IMG/VR virus record: IMGVR_UViG_3300045988_113302
Strand: one strand, 5' to 3'
Origin: a virus
DNA length: 15,851 bases
Shown here piece after piece: positions 6,571 to 14,924 of this stretch. Positions within the stretch are counted from its first letter, which is position 1. Each line of letters begins with the position of its first letter. The notes beneath the pieces are model-generated. The model saw nothing but the letters and a program-made list of their open reading frames with translations. It made no database searches and was not told where the DNA came from. The translations under genes were made by a program, and so were the position numbers.

Positions 6571-6641
6571 TGGCGCGTAGTTCAGAGGGAGAACAGTAGA
6601 TTTTGACTCTATAGTCGCGGGTTCGATTCCCGCCGCGCTAG
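6571..6641 (+). tRNA. tRNA-Gln (anticodon UUG)
   Basis: Manual cloverleaf. Acceptor TGGCGCG/CGCGCTA with U1-A72 and one G-U. D arm GTTC-AGAGGGA-GAAC. Anticodon arm GTAGA-TTTTGAC-TCTAT, with U33, TTG and A37. Variable loop AGTC. T arm GCGGG-TTCGATT-CCCGC. Discriminator G. No encoded CCA, and a T7 run follows. Confidence 0.85.
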
Positions 6642-6662
6642 TTTTTTTGGAGGAAAAGAGAA

Positions 6663-7730
6663 ATGAAGTTTACAAGACCTTATTACAATTTAGATGAAAT
6701 TAAAAGTGTAAAAGATTTAGATGGTTGCGAACCGATCTTGAGAATGATTATTGGAAACCGTAGCGCCGGAAAAACCACGGCTTTATTGATTGAAAGCTTG
6801 AATAAACATAAAGAGGATAGATCGCAAGTTGTATTTTTATACAGAACACAAGACGAGATAGCAAGCAGTGGCAAAATGTATGAAGATGTTTTTGACAATT
6901 ACCCAGAAATGGGTAAAATGGTTACAAATAAAAGTGTAGTTAAAGGGCTTATTAGCGCTATGATTTTACATGACGCAGAGGAAAATCAAAGCGTTTTAGG
7001 CTATGCGGTTTATTTTAACAATCCCGATAAAATCAAAAAATATAGCCCTATGTTTAAAGATGTAAATTTGATTGTTTTTGATGAATTTGTACTTGAAAAC
7101 AATGGTTATTTAAAAAATGAGATAACTAAGTTTGAAAGCGTTTTGCGTAGTATATGCCGTGGCAAAGGTAAGCAAGTGCGTGATGTTCCAGTTTACATGC
7201 TTGCGAACTATGTAGTTTTGCTAAACCCATATTATATATTTTTTGGTATGCACAAACGATTGCGTGATAATACAAGGTTTTTACGCGGTCATGGTTGGGT
7301 AGCACAATTTACTATCAATAAAAGTGCTCAGAAAGCGCTTAATGAAAGCGGCTTAAGTAAAGTTTTTAGTAATAGTGCGTATACGCTATCATCCGCTGAT
7401 GGAATTTATCTATGTGATGCCACGGCTTTTGTTGAAAAAATCAGTGGAAACAGTAACTATATTTTTACTCTTGTATGTGGGAAAGATCGTTTTGCTGTAA
7501 GAGAGTATCCGGAAAAAGGAATAGTTTATATTGACTACACAGCAGACCCAAACGCAAGACATATTTTTACATTTGACCCATCAAGCCACAATGCAGATAC
7601 GCTTATGTTATCGAGTAAGTCTTTTATTTATGATTATTTAAAGAGGGCTTATGATATGGGGCTATTGCGTTTTAAAGATTTGAAGTGTAAGAATATTGTG
7701 TTGGATATTTTGAGTGTGAGGTTGATGTAA
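6663..7730 (+). CDS. DNA encapsidation (packaging) ATPase, phi29 gp16-like
   Basis: Walker A GNRSAGKT and Walker B LIVFDEF. NPYYIFFG, VYIDYTADP and GLLRFKD match remembered gp16 motifs (IVFDEF, NPYFLFF, YIDTAHDP, GYLRFDN). RBS GGAGGA. Confidence 0.88.
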   Translation: MKFTRPYYNLDEIKSVKDLDGCEPILRMIIGNRSAGKTTALLIESLNKHKEDRSQVVFLYRTQDEIASSGKMYEDVFDNYPEMGKMVTNKSVVKGLISAMILHDAEENQSVLGYAVYFNNPDKIKKYSPMFKDVNLIVFDEFVLENNGYLKNEITKFESVLRSICRGKGKQVRDVPVYMLANYVVLLNPYYIFFGMHKRLRDNTRFLRGHGWVAQFTINKSAQKALNESGLSKVFSNSAYTLSSADGIYLCDATAFVEKISGNSNYIFTLVCGKDRFAVREYPEKGIVYIDYTADPNARHIFTFDPSSHNADTLMLSSKSFIYDYLKRAYDMGLLRFKDLKCKNIVLDILSVRLM

Positions 7731-8852
7731 ATGGCGGCTATAAAAGATTACGGATATATTAAAGCAACATGGGATGCACTTGCGGGATTGATACCTAACG
7801 AGATAGGGCGTGCCGGACTGTTGGGAAATTGGTACGCAGAGAGTAAAGTCATACCATATATTAAACAAGGCAATACACGACCACCGTGGTCGCCTAGTAC
7901 AACTTACACTAATAATGTTGATAACGGTATTATTAGCAAAAGTTCATTTATTAACGATTCTGTTGGTTACGGATTCGCACAATGGACGTATTGGAGCAGA
8001 AAAGAGTTAATGTATACTATCGCGGAAAATTTAGGCATGAGTATAGGCGCTTTTGATGTTGGTATAGCAATGGTAACTAACGAGATGACGCAAGGCGCAC
8101 AAGAATATAAAGATACTTTAACAGTGTTGTTAAATGCTACAGATATAAGAACGGCTAGTGATCGAGTACTACATCATTATGAAAAACCACAAGACCAGAG
8201 TATAAATGCGGAGATAGAGCGAGCTGATTATGGCGATCAAATCTACAATTTGTTGCATGGTTCTGCACCAATCGAAAGAAAAAGCTTGACAATTACACCG
8301 ACTAGTGCTAGTATTATAGACGGGGGAACTGTTACAATTAGTGTTGAAGCGACCGGAGAATGGGCGTATAGCTTAGGGCAGTATCTCTCACTTGTAGAAA
8401 AAACTGACGGCGCGCTTGTAATTAGCGGAAATGCACAGACAGCGCAGATTACAACCGCCGTAGCCTTTTGGCTTGTGGATGATGCCAGTGTGCAGGCACA
8501 GTGTCAAATTGGTATCAACCGATCAGCACCACCTGCACCAACTATCAGCGTTACGCCATATAGTCAGACCGCAAATGTAAACACGATTGTTAGATTTATG
8601 GTAAGCGCTAACAGAGCATGGAGCGTTAAAGTACCTAGCGGTGCTAGTTTGTATCGTAAAGACGGTAACTCGGTTTATATTTTAATAGGTAATACCGCTT
8701 TAACCAGAATTGTCTTAAGATTTTATATCAATGATGATGTGAATATCTATCAAGATGTACCAGTAAATATATTGGGCGTGTCGCCAATTCCGAGCAGCAG
8801 AAAAACGCCTTTAATATATTATTTAAAACCATTTTTTAGAAAAGGGAGGTAA
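7731..8852 (+). CDS. Tail-associated peptidoglycan hydrolase (Phage_lysozyme2-type N-domain plus two beta-sandwich-like repeats)
   Basis: GLLGNWYAES, GYGFAQWTYWSR and HHYEKP resemble the phage tail lysozyme family. The C-terminal half holds two roughly 85-aa segments of similar pattern (LTITPTSASI... and ISVTPYSQTA...). Confidence 0.7.
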   Translation: MAAIKDYGYIKATWDALAGLIPNEIGRAGLLGNWYAESKVIPYIKQGNTRPPWSPSTTYTNNVDNGIISKSSFINDSVGYGFAQWTYWSRKELMYTIAENLGMSIGAFDVGIAMVTNEMTQGAQEYKDTLTVLLNATDIRTASDRVLHHYEKPQDQSINAEIERADYGDQIYNLLHGSAPIERKSLTITPTSASIIDGGTVTISVEATGEWAYSLGQYLSLVEKTDGALVISGNAQTAQITTAVAFWLVDDASVQAQCQIGINRSAPPAPTISVTPYSQTANVNTIVRFMVSANRAWSVKVPSGASLYRKDGNSVYILIGNTALTRIVLRFYINDDVNIYQDVPVNILGVSPIPSSRKTPLIYYLKPFFRKGR

Positions 8853-8855
8853 AAG

Positions 8856-9146
8856 ATGACAGTAGACGAAGCTTTGAAAGCGATCTTAGGAAAGATCGAA
8901 GCGCCGGAGGAATTAGACGAAGAAATCAACGTAATCACGGAGTCAATCAGAAGTGGCGCAAACGTAACCGACGACGGCTACAAGGAACGCTATGAGGGCT
9001 TGCGCGAAAAGTACATTGCGCGTTTTGGCGAGATGTTAGCCGGACAGGAAAATCCGAGAACGGACATTGAAGAACCAAAAGCAGATGTTGAAGTGATCGA
9101 GGACGTAACGCCGGATATGCTCGATTTTGACGGCAGTACAGAGTAG
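8856..9146 (+). CDS. Putative scaffolding protein (phi29 gp7 position)
   Basis: 96 aa, very acidic and with helix-prone composition. It lies directly upstream of the capsid gene. RBS GGGAGG. Confidence 0.6.
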   Translation: MTVDEALKAILGKIEAPEELDEEINVITESIRSGANVTDDGYKERYEGLREKYIARFGEMLAGQENPRTDIEEPKADVEVIEDVTPDMLDFDGSTE

Positions 9147-9166
9147 AGAAAGTGAGGTAGAAGAAA

Positions 9167-10444
9167 TTGGCTAATAAAGTAGCGGCAACAAACGTTGCCA
9201 TATTAAACGCAGTGAGATCTATGCAAAGTCTGGAGTATCGGGACAGGATTCCCGAAGCGACGGCGGAAAATATCTCAAGTATCTATGAAAGTTTGCTCAA
9301 CATAGTTCCGTTAAGAAATGCGTTTGCTAACGCTTTGGTTGAGCAAATTATGGAGCAGAGAATCGAAACCGTCTTTTTTGAGAATCCTCTGGGAGTGCTT
9401 AAGAGAGATCCGATGCGATACGGCGGCACAGAAGAAGAAATTTTTATCAATATGGCAAAAGGTAAGCAGTTTAACCAGTTCGCAACCGTTGCAGAACTGT
9501 ATGCCTACTATCAGTCAAGTGTCATGGCGGCGTATCACAAGATCACACCCGCTATCCAGTACGCGGTTACAGTCACTTTTGACAACTTGCGTACAGCGTT
9601 TAGATCAGAGTATGGTGTGCGCGATCTGATTAACGCAAAAGTACAGTCACTTTTTGCGGCGGCGAACTGGGATGAATACCTCTGTATGAAGCGTCTTATT
9701 GAGAGCGCAAGTGCAGCAGATCAGCTTTACGCGGTTAATGTTGCAGACCCTACAGCGAGCGCAGAAAACGCTAAAAAGCTGACAAAGCTTGTAAAAGCCT
9801 ACATCGGACAGATGAAATTTCCCCATCCAGAGTACAACATTGCCGGAGCAGACAGTTGCGCAAACGATCAGACTATCTTTTATATCACTACGCCGGAGAT
9901 CGACGCAGAGTTAGACGTTGAGGTACTTGCCACAGCGTTTAATATGGACAAGGTGGATATTAACGTCCGCAAGATCATCATTGACAAGTTTGATGACCCG
10001 AACATTAAGCTTGCGTTATTTGACATGAGATTTTTCAATGTGCGCGAGAATTTTCGGACACTGACGGATTCGAGAAATGGTGCGGCGCTGACGTGGAATT
10101 ATTTTTACACGATGTCTGAAATGTTTTCCTATTCTCCATTTTTCCCTTGTATCGTCTTTACCACAGACACCGTCGGGCTTACAGCCGTGAGTGTTACAGA
10201 CACCGCCGGAAACGTGGGAACTGATGTGGAGATCACGGCGTTAGTAAGCGGAGACAGCCAGTACACGCCGCAGATGCTTGACTATGACGTTGAAGGCGCT
10301 ACAAGTCAGTATACGTCCTTTATCCCCGGTTCAAATATTTTACATATTGCAAATGATGAAAAAACGGCAACACTTACGGTCAAAGCAACGTCAAGATATA
10401 ATAGCACGATCAGTGGGACAGGTACTGTCACAGTCAACCAGTAA
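9167..10444 (+). CDS. Major capsid protein with C-terminal Ig-like (BIG2-like) domain; TTG start
   Basis: 425 aa, following the scaffold as gene 8 does in phi29. The C-terminus (LTAVSVTDTAG...ATLTVKATS...GTGTVTV) looks like a bacterial Ig-like domain. RBS GTGAGGT is 8 nt before the TTG at 9167. Confidence 0.8.
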   Translation: MANKVAATNVAILNAVRSMQSLEYRDRIPEATAENISSIYESLLNIVPLRNAFANALVEQIMEQRIETVFFENPLGVLKRDPMRYGGTEEEIFINMAKGKQFNQFATVAELYAYYQSSVMAAYHKITPAIQYAVTVTFDNLRTAFRSEYGVRDLINAKVQSLFAAANWDEYLCMKRLIESASAADQLYAVNVADPTASAENAKKLTKLVKAYIGQMKFPHPEYNIAGADSCANDQTIFYITTPEIDAELDVEVLATAFNMDKVDINVRKIIIDKFDDPNIKLALFDMRFFNVRENFRTLTDSRNGAALTWNYFYTMSEMFSYSPFFPCIVFTTDTVGLTAVSVTDTAGNVGTDVEITALVSGDSQYTPQMLDYDVEGATSQYTSFIPGSNILHIANDEKTATLTVKATSRYNSTISGTGTVTVNQ

Positions 10445-10472
10445 AATGTTTCACGTGAAACATTGATTTTTT
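10445..10472 (+). terminator. Palindrome copy D plus T-run: likely intrinsic terminator after the capsid gene
   Basis: AATGTTTCACGTGAAACATT at 10445-10464 is followed by GATTTTTT. It is the only copy with a U-tract. A second hairpin, AGGGGAG-TGCAATG-CTCCCCT, follows at 10474-10494. Confidence 0.6.
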
Positions 10473-10509
10473 GAGGGGAGTGCAATGCTCCCCTAGAAAT
10501 GAGGGAAAC

Positions 10510-12195
10510 ATGGATAGCATGATACCTATGCCAACACAAAAAAACGTAGACGGGATAGCACCTGTTGCACAAGTAAGAATCTGCCGCGGGATTCCTTGGG
10601 ATTCGTCGTATAACCATGTAAGGCTTTTTAATAGTCGAGAAGAACTTTTTGCTTATGTTGATAGCAAAGCAATTTATAGTACTGATAATGCCGCGCCAGT
10701 TAAGAGAGGTTACGCGGATTTTGCCGCGCCCGTCAACGAGTTATACGCCGATAGCGCTAACTATATCGCATTTAAAAATGTTGGATATATGGATAATTGG
10801 ATGTACGGCTTTATTACGAGCGTAGAACCGTTATCCGTGAACTCTTGCCGCGTGCATTTTATCATGGACGTCTGGACGAATTGCCAATTCGATATGGTGC
10901 TAAATAAGTGCTATATCGAACGCCAGATTGTAAAAAAGAGTGAAGATGTGATAGGGCGGTATACTTTTCCAGAGGGATTGGAGACCGGAGATTATATCGT
11001 AAAACAAGAGACAGAACAAAATTATGATGCGCCGGAACTAAGTGATCGAAACATTATGAGCGTTGTCGTTCCGAGCGCATTTGACGAGAGCGGAAATTTT
11101 AACGGCGGCGAATTTAGAGATGGCGTGTATACTGCCATCACTTATAACGTTTTTGATAATGGAGACGGCGTAAACGAATTTTTAATTTCTGCTAACGCAA
11201 ATGGTACTATTGACGGAATTTTAAACGCGTTTATGATGCCAAGCAGCTTTATCGCAGAGGAAACACAATTCAAGCAACTTAATCTACCAAAAAAGTATGA
11301 CAGTATTGACGGCTATGTGCCGAAAAACAAAAAGCTGTTTTGTTATCCATATAACTTTTTATACGGAAACAACAACAACGGCACAGGAATAGAGTATAAA
11401 TATGAGTATTTTTCCAGTGACGCTTGTAGTTTTACTTATACAGTAGCTATGACACCTAACCCACTATTAGTGTCCTACCCCATCCAGTATAGAGGATACA
11501 CCGTAGATTATACCGATATGCTTACATTTTCGGACTATCCAAAATGCGCCATCATGACAGACGCATACAAGGCATATATTGCGCAAATGACAAGCACCGC
11601 GGGCGCGAGCGCTTTAATGAGCGCGGGAAACGCGGTTTCGCAAGGTGTTGACACTGCCACCGGAGTTTTTAGCGGCGTTGGAAAAGCGTTATCTGGTGCG
11701 GGTTTTGGTTTTTTGGGTGCGGCGGCGAGTGGAGCGGGAAACGCCATAGCAACAGGAAAGCAAGCCGCAAGTGACGCTTTTAAGTCTAGTCCATTAAGTA
11801 CTCTTGGTAGCACTGATTGGTCTGATGTTATCGGGAACGGTATAAAGGCGGTAGTTAATCATTTTTTACAGCCGAGTGGAAACGTCACAACTGCTAGCGG
11901 TAATGCTAGTAAGATCATCGGAAACGATCACATTAGCTATTATCCGATGCAAATTCGAGCAGAGTATGCGCGGAAGATTGATGACTATTTTACCATGTTT
12001 GGGTACAAGATTGGAGAGATCGGACAACCCGCAATCAACAATAGATCGGCATGGGATTTTGTCAAAACACGTAATTGCACGATCAGCGGTAACATTGACC
12101 TTGATTACCTTGTTGTTTTACGATCAATATTTGATCGCGGTGTGACAATATGGCACACTAATGACATCGGTAATTATGGGCTTACAAACAATTAA
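10510..12195 (+). CDS. Tail knob / distal tube protein, phi29 gp9-like
   Basis: The N-terminus VRICRGIPWDSSYNHVRLF...ANYIAFKN...NWMYGFITSVE...VHFIMDVWTN parallels the remembered gp9 N-terminus (VRILADVPFSNDY...FQNADYGNKWFYAFVTELE). A Gly/Ala-rich hydrophobic loop lies near nt 11581-11790. The start is set at ATG 10510, after GAGGGA. Confidence 0.82.
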   Translation: MDSMIPMPTQKNVDGIAPVAQVRICRGIPWDSSYNHVRLFNSREELFAYVDSKAIYSTDNAAPVKRGYADFAAPVNELYADSANYIAFKNVGYMDNWMYGFITSVEPLSVNSCRVHFIMDVWTNCQFDMVLNKCYIERQIVKKSEDVIGRYTFPEGLETGDYIVKQETEQNYDAPELSDRNIMSVVVPSAFDESGNFNGGEFRDGVYTAITYNVFDNGDGVNEFLISANANGTIDGILNAFMMPSSFIAEETQFKQLNLPKKYDSIDGYVPKNKKLFCYPYNFLYGNNNNGTGIEYKYEYFSSDACSFTYTVAMTPNPLLVSYPIQYRGYTVDYTDMLTFSDYPKCAIMTDAYKAYIAQMTSTAGASALMSAGNAVSQGVDTATGVFSGVGKALSGAGFGFLGAAASGAGNAIATGKQAASDAFKSSPLSTLGSTDWSDVIGNGIKAVVNHFLQPSGNVTTASGNASKIIGNDHISYYPMQIRAEYARKIDDYFTMFGYKIGEIGQPAINNRSAWDFVKTRNCTISGNIDLDYLVVLRSIFDRGVTIWHTNDIGNYGLTNN

Positions 12196-12210
12196 CGAAA
12201 AGAGGTAAAA

Positions 12211-13101
12211 ATGAAAAATCAATCTAAAGACGCTGAATATTTTAGCGTACCACAGTATCGCAATTATTATGTGCGTTACTTTAATATGTTGCATGAAATG
12301 ATCGTGAACCGATTTGAATGGTTGGGATTGCCGGATGAAATTCCACCGAGAGTATTGGAAGATTATCTTTTCTGGTGGGGACAGGCTGTCTTTTTTAAAG
12401 ATGATGTACTAGAAAAATACGCCGCTATGAAAACCAACCTTGGCGGTACTGTAGATATTTATGGCGTACCTAGCATGCGTTTCGCCTATGCACAACAGTA
12501 TTTTAAAACGCTTGGAAAAAATAACAGTGTCATCATCTGGGATAGTAGCGTAGGTTATCCTAGCATTGACTATGTGCAGATGTACGCGGAAAGTTTGGCA
12601 AATATGAGGATGACAAGAAATTTAAATATTTACGCGCAAAGAACGCCTGTTGTTATTGCGGGTAGCGAAAATCAGCGCTTAAGTACAAAAAACCTTTTTA
12701 AACAGTATAATGATTTTGTACCATTTATCAGCGTTAAAGACGGAATTAGTAACGTTGAGAACATGAAAGTACTAAATCTAAACCCACCTAACGTGTTCGG
12801 TGACCTTACAACGGCTATGAGACAAGAAATTGCAGACTTTTGCGTGCAGTTCGGTATTAGTAATATTGACGGCACAAAAAAAGAGCGACTAATTACAAGC
12901 GAAGTAGAGCAAGATGCAGACCTTACGTTAATTAACCGCCAGTCTTTTTTAGGTGTACGAAAACGCGCTTGTGAACAGATTAACCGCCTGTTTGGACTTG
13001 AGGTTGATGTGCGCTACATCGGTAGCGGACTTGGCGTTGAGAGAAAAGAAAACCTTGAGAGAGGGGGCGGAGAAAATGGCGACATATACAACCAGAATTA
13101 G
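12211..13101 (+). CDS. Portal / upper collar (connector) protein, phi29 gp10-like
   Basis: FEWLGLPDEIP, NIYAQRTPVVIAGSENQRLS, KKERLITSEV and RKRACEQINRLFGLEVDVRY parallel gp10 motifs (FEWENLP, NQNAQKTPVLI, KKERMVTDEV, REEACEKINELYGLNV). Confidence 0.9.
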   Translation: MKNQSKDAEYFSVPQYRNYYVRYFNMLHEMIVNRFEWLGLPDEIPPRVLEDYLFWWGQAVFFKDDVLEKYAAMKTNLGGTVDIYGVPSMRFAYAQQYFKTLGKNNSVIIWDSSVGYPSIDYVQMYAESLANMRMTRNLNIYAQRTPVVIAGSENQRLSTKNLFKQYNDFVPFISVKDGISNVENMKVLNLNPPNVFGDLTTAMRQEIADFCVQFGISNIDGTKKERLITSEVEQDADLTLINRQSFLGVRKRACEQINRLFGLEVDVRYIGSGLGVERKENLERGGGENGDIYNQN

Positions 13102-13855
13102 AGACTACATTGAAAGCTTTACGGACTGGAAAGACATAAACGCTACTACTTACGACAAAATCGAAAAAGGTATGCCGAAGCTTTTCGACTTTACGTTTCC
13201 ATGGTACAATGACGATGACTCCAGTAAAACAGAGTTTGAACGTATGTTTATCATACACTTTTACATGTGTGAGATCGGTTTTGAAACCATCGGCTTATTT
13301 AAGCTTAAGTTAAACGACACGCTTACGCGAAATATGCCGAAATATAAGGCTATGTATGACAGTAATTTAACAGTGGCACAGATTTTGGAAAACGTCAACA
13401 TGACGTTTGACGATACTGACACAAGCGACGGAAACAACACAAGCGAAGCAGACCACACAATGAGTGACACAAATAACAGCAATTCCAATGATCAACGAAT
13501 CAATAGCGACAACCCGCAAGTCAATTTTTCCGGTGCAGATTACGCAAGCGGTATGACTAGAGGACAGAGCACCGAAGAGGATATCCGCACGGTTAGCGAA
13601 CAAAACACAGGCAAGAGTAATACATCCATTATAGATACTAGCCACCGGACGGAAAAAGGATGGCGCGGCAGTAAGATGAATGAACTTGTGATGTATCGTG
13701 AACACATTGTAAATGTCAACAACGCTATCATTGCGGATTGCGAAGAATTATTTATGTCAATATTTGACGATTTTTCCGAACATGGTAACGATTTTAATAT
13801 GATGGCGTACGGAAACCGCGGAAACTTAGGTTTATCTATTGATTGGATGCGGTAG
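13076..13855 (+). CDS. Lower collar protein (phi29 gp11 position)
   Basis: ATG 13076 follows GGGGGCGGAG and overlaps the portal 3' end by 26 nt. 259 aa. The call rests on gp10-gp11 synteny and the EIGFETIGLFK segment. It contains a low-complexity Asn/Ser/Asp/Thr-rich insert (DDTDTSDGNNTSEADHTMSDTNNSNSND). Confidence 0.6.
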   Translation: MATYTTRIRDYIESFTDWKDINATTYDKIEKGMPKLFDFTFPWYNDDDSSKTEFERMFIIHFYMCEIGFETIGLFKLKLNDTLTRNMPKYKAMYDSNLTVAQILENVNMTFDDTDTSDGNNTSEADHTMSDTNNSNSNDQRINSDNPQVNFSGADYASGMTRGQSTEEDIRTVSEQNTGKSNTSIIDTSHRTEKGWRGSKMNELVMYREHIVNVNNAIIADCEELFMSIFDDFSEHGNDFNMMAYGNRGNLGLSIDWMR

Positions 13856-13869
13856 AGAGGAGTAGAAAA

Positions 13870-14910
13870 ATGGCGAACAAAATCAACCCTTTTGACCCTA
13901 ATGTAAATTCTGGGCTGTATGAGATACACTTTCCAGACTTTGCGTTTTGGATGCAAAAGACGCAACCACTTGTTTATGATGATGCGTTATCATACTATGA
14001 GGTATTAGGCCGAATTGCTAGTATGCTTAATCAGCTTATTAAGCAAGTTAATGACCTCACTGATGCACAAAAAAAGTTTATCGAAGATGCGACAAAACTT
14101 TTGAACCAGATTATCAGCGAATGGAATAGTATGGTGGATGAATTTAACACCATGAAAAATGAATTCAGCAATTGGCGGAATACTTTTAACCAGTGGTCTC
14201 AACAAGTCGAAAATTGGAGAAACCTTTTTAATGAGTGGGAAACAACATTTAATAATTGGGGAAGTGAATTTAACAGTTGGAGAACAGAGTTTAACGACTA
14301 CATCAAAAAAATTGATGAATTTATACAAAAGATTGAAAACGAGTGGAACAACTATAAAACGGAAATTGACAATACTATTTCTAACATACATGGAGAAATA
14401 ACTAACGTTAATGTTAGCGTTGATGTAATGCCGATCAAAAAACACGGACACGTTAATATTCACGCCGCGGGGAGCGAGCATAGCGACACTAATTACGGCA
14501 GTATGGACTGGTATGACCTTGTCTACCCAGAAGTTACTATACGCTTTATTAGCGCTATTATCTCCGCAACATTTAATGCAGTGCCGGAAGGAGTTACCGG
14601 AGCTAAACGCTTAGGACGTTTTGTGACTGAAAATGTCGATATTGATGACCCTAATTTTACATATCTTTTAGACCTTTTAAGCAATCCGGCGTTCGGCGGC
14701 GCAAGCGTGTACAATAATACCAAAAATATTTATTACCCTGCTGTTATTAACTTCCCAAAAAAGCCGAGCGCAAGCACCGAGTATGAGATATTAGTACCAT
14801 CATGGGCTACTGTAGACAGTGGAGACACGTGTTTATTTTATATTTACGAGGGCGGTAAGACGCAGTTGGGAAATACCACGCCCGATTGGTATAAAAATAA
14901 TGTGCAGTGA
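13870..14910 (+). CDS. Tail fibre / appendage protein with aromatic heptad coiled coil
   Basis: ATG 13870 follows AGAGGAG. The N-terminal YDDALSYYEVLGRI motif is common at phage fibre N-termini. Fourteen heptads occupy 14119-14412. The C-terminal globular part is a putative receptor-binding domain. Confidence 0.6.
   Translation: MANKINPFDPNVNSGLYEIHFPDFAFWMQKTQPLVYDDALSYYEVLGRIASMLNQLIKQVNDLTDAQKKFIEDATKLLNQIISEWNSMVDEFNTMKNEFSNWRNTFNQWSQQVENWRNLFNEWETTFNNWGSEFNSWRTEFNDYIKKIDEFIQKIENEWNNYKTEIDNTISNIHGEITNVNVSVDVMPIKKHGHVNIHAAGSEHSDTNYGSMDWYDLVYPEVTIRFISAIISATFNAVPEGVTGAKRLGRFVTENVDIDDPNFTYLLDLLSNPAFGGASVYNNTKNIYYPAVINFPKKPSASTEYEILVPSWATVDSGDTCLFYIYEGGKTQLGNTTPDWYKNNVQ
14119..14412 (+). repeat. 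Degenerate 21-bp periodic repeat encoding xFNxWxx heptads
   Basis: EWNSMVD EFNTMKN EFSNWRN TFNQWSQ QVENWRN LFNEWET TFNNWGS EFNSWRT EFNDYIK KIDEFIQ KIENEWN NYKTEID NTISNIH GEITNVN. Confidence 0.85.
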
Positions 14911-14924
14911 GAGAGGAGTAAGAG

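Noticed and set aside
6571-6641. The tRNA as a stop-codon suppressor indicating genetic-code reassignment
   Set aside because: The anticodon is plainly TTG (Gln). All genes are intact under the standard code, with normal TAA, TAG and TGA stops.
1341-13869. The longer N-terminal extensions given by the ORF track (starts at 1341, 4258, 5005, 10471, 12953, 13843)
   Set aside because: Five of the six downstream ATGs (4294, 5086, 10510, 13076, 13870) follow a good GGAGG-type RBS or a coupling overlap. The extended versions would overlap the upstream gene or a hairpin and have no RBS. The 1341 versus 1362 choice remains uncertain.
7810-14401. Plus-strand ORFs in alternative frames (7810-8010, 9318-9629, 10278-10466, 11876-12145, 14159-14401)
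   Set aside because: They are nested out of frame inside the lysozyme, capsid, knob and fibre genes and have no RBS. 10278-10466 stays open only because the palindrome reads MFHVKH in that frame.
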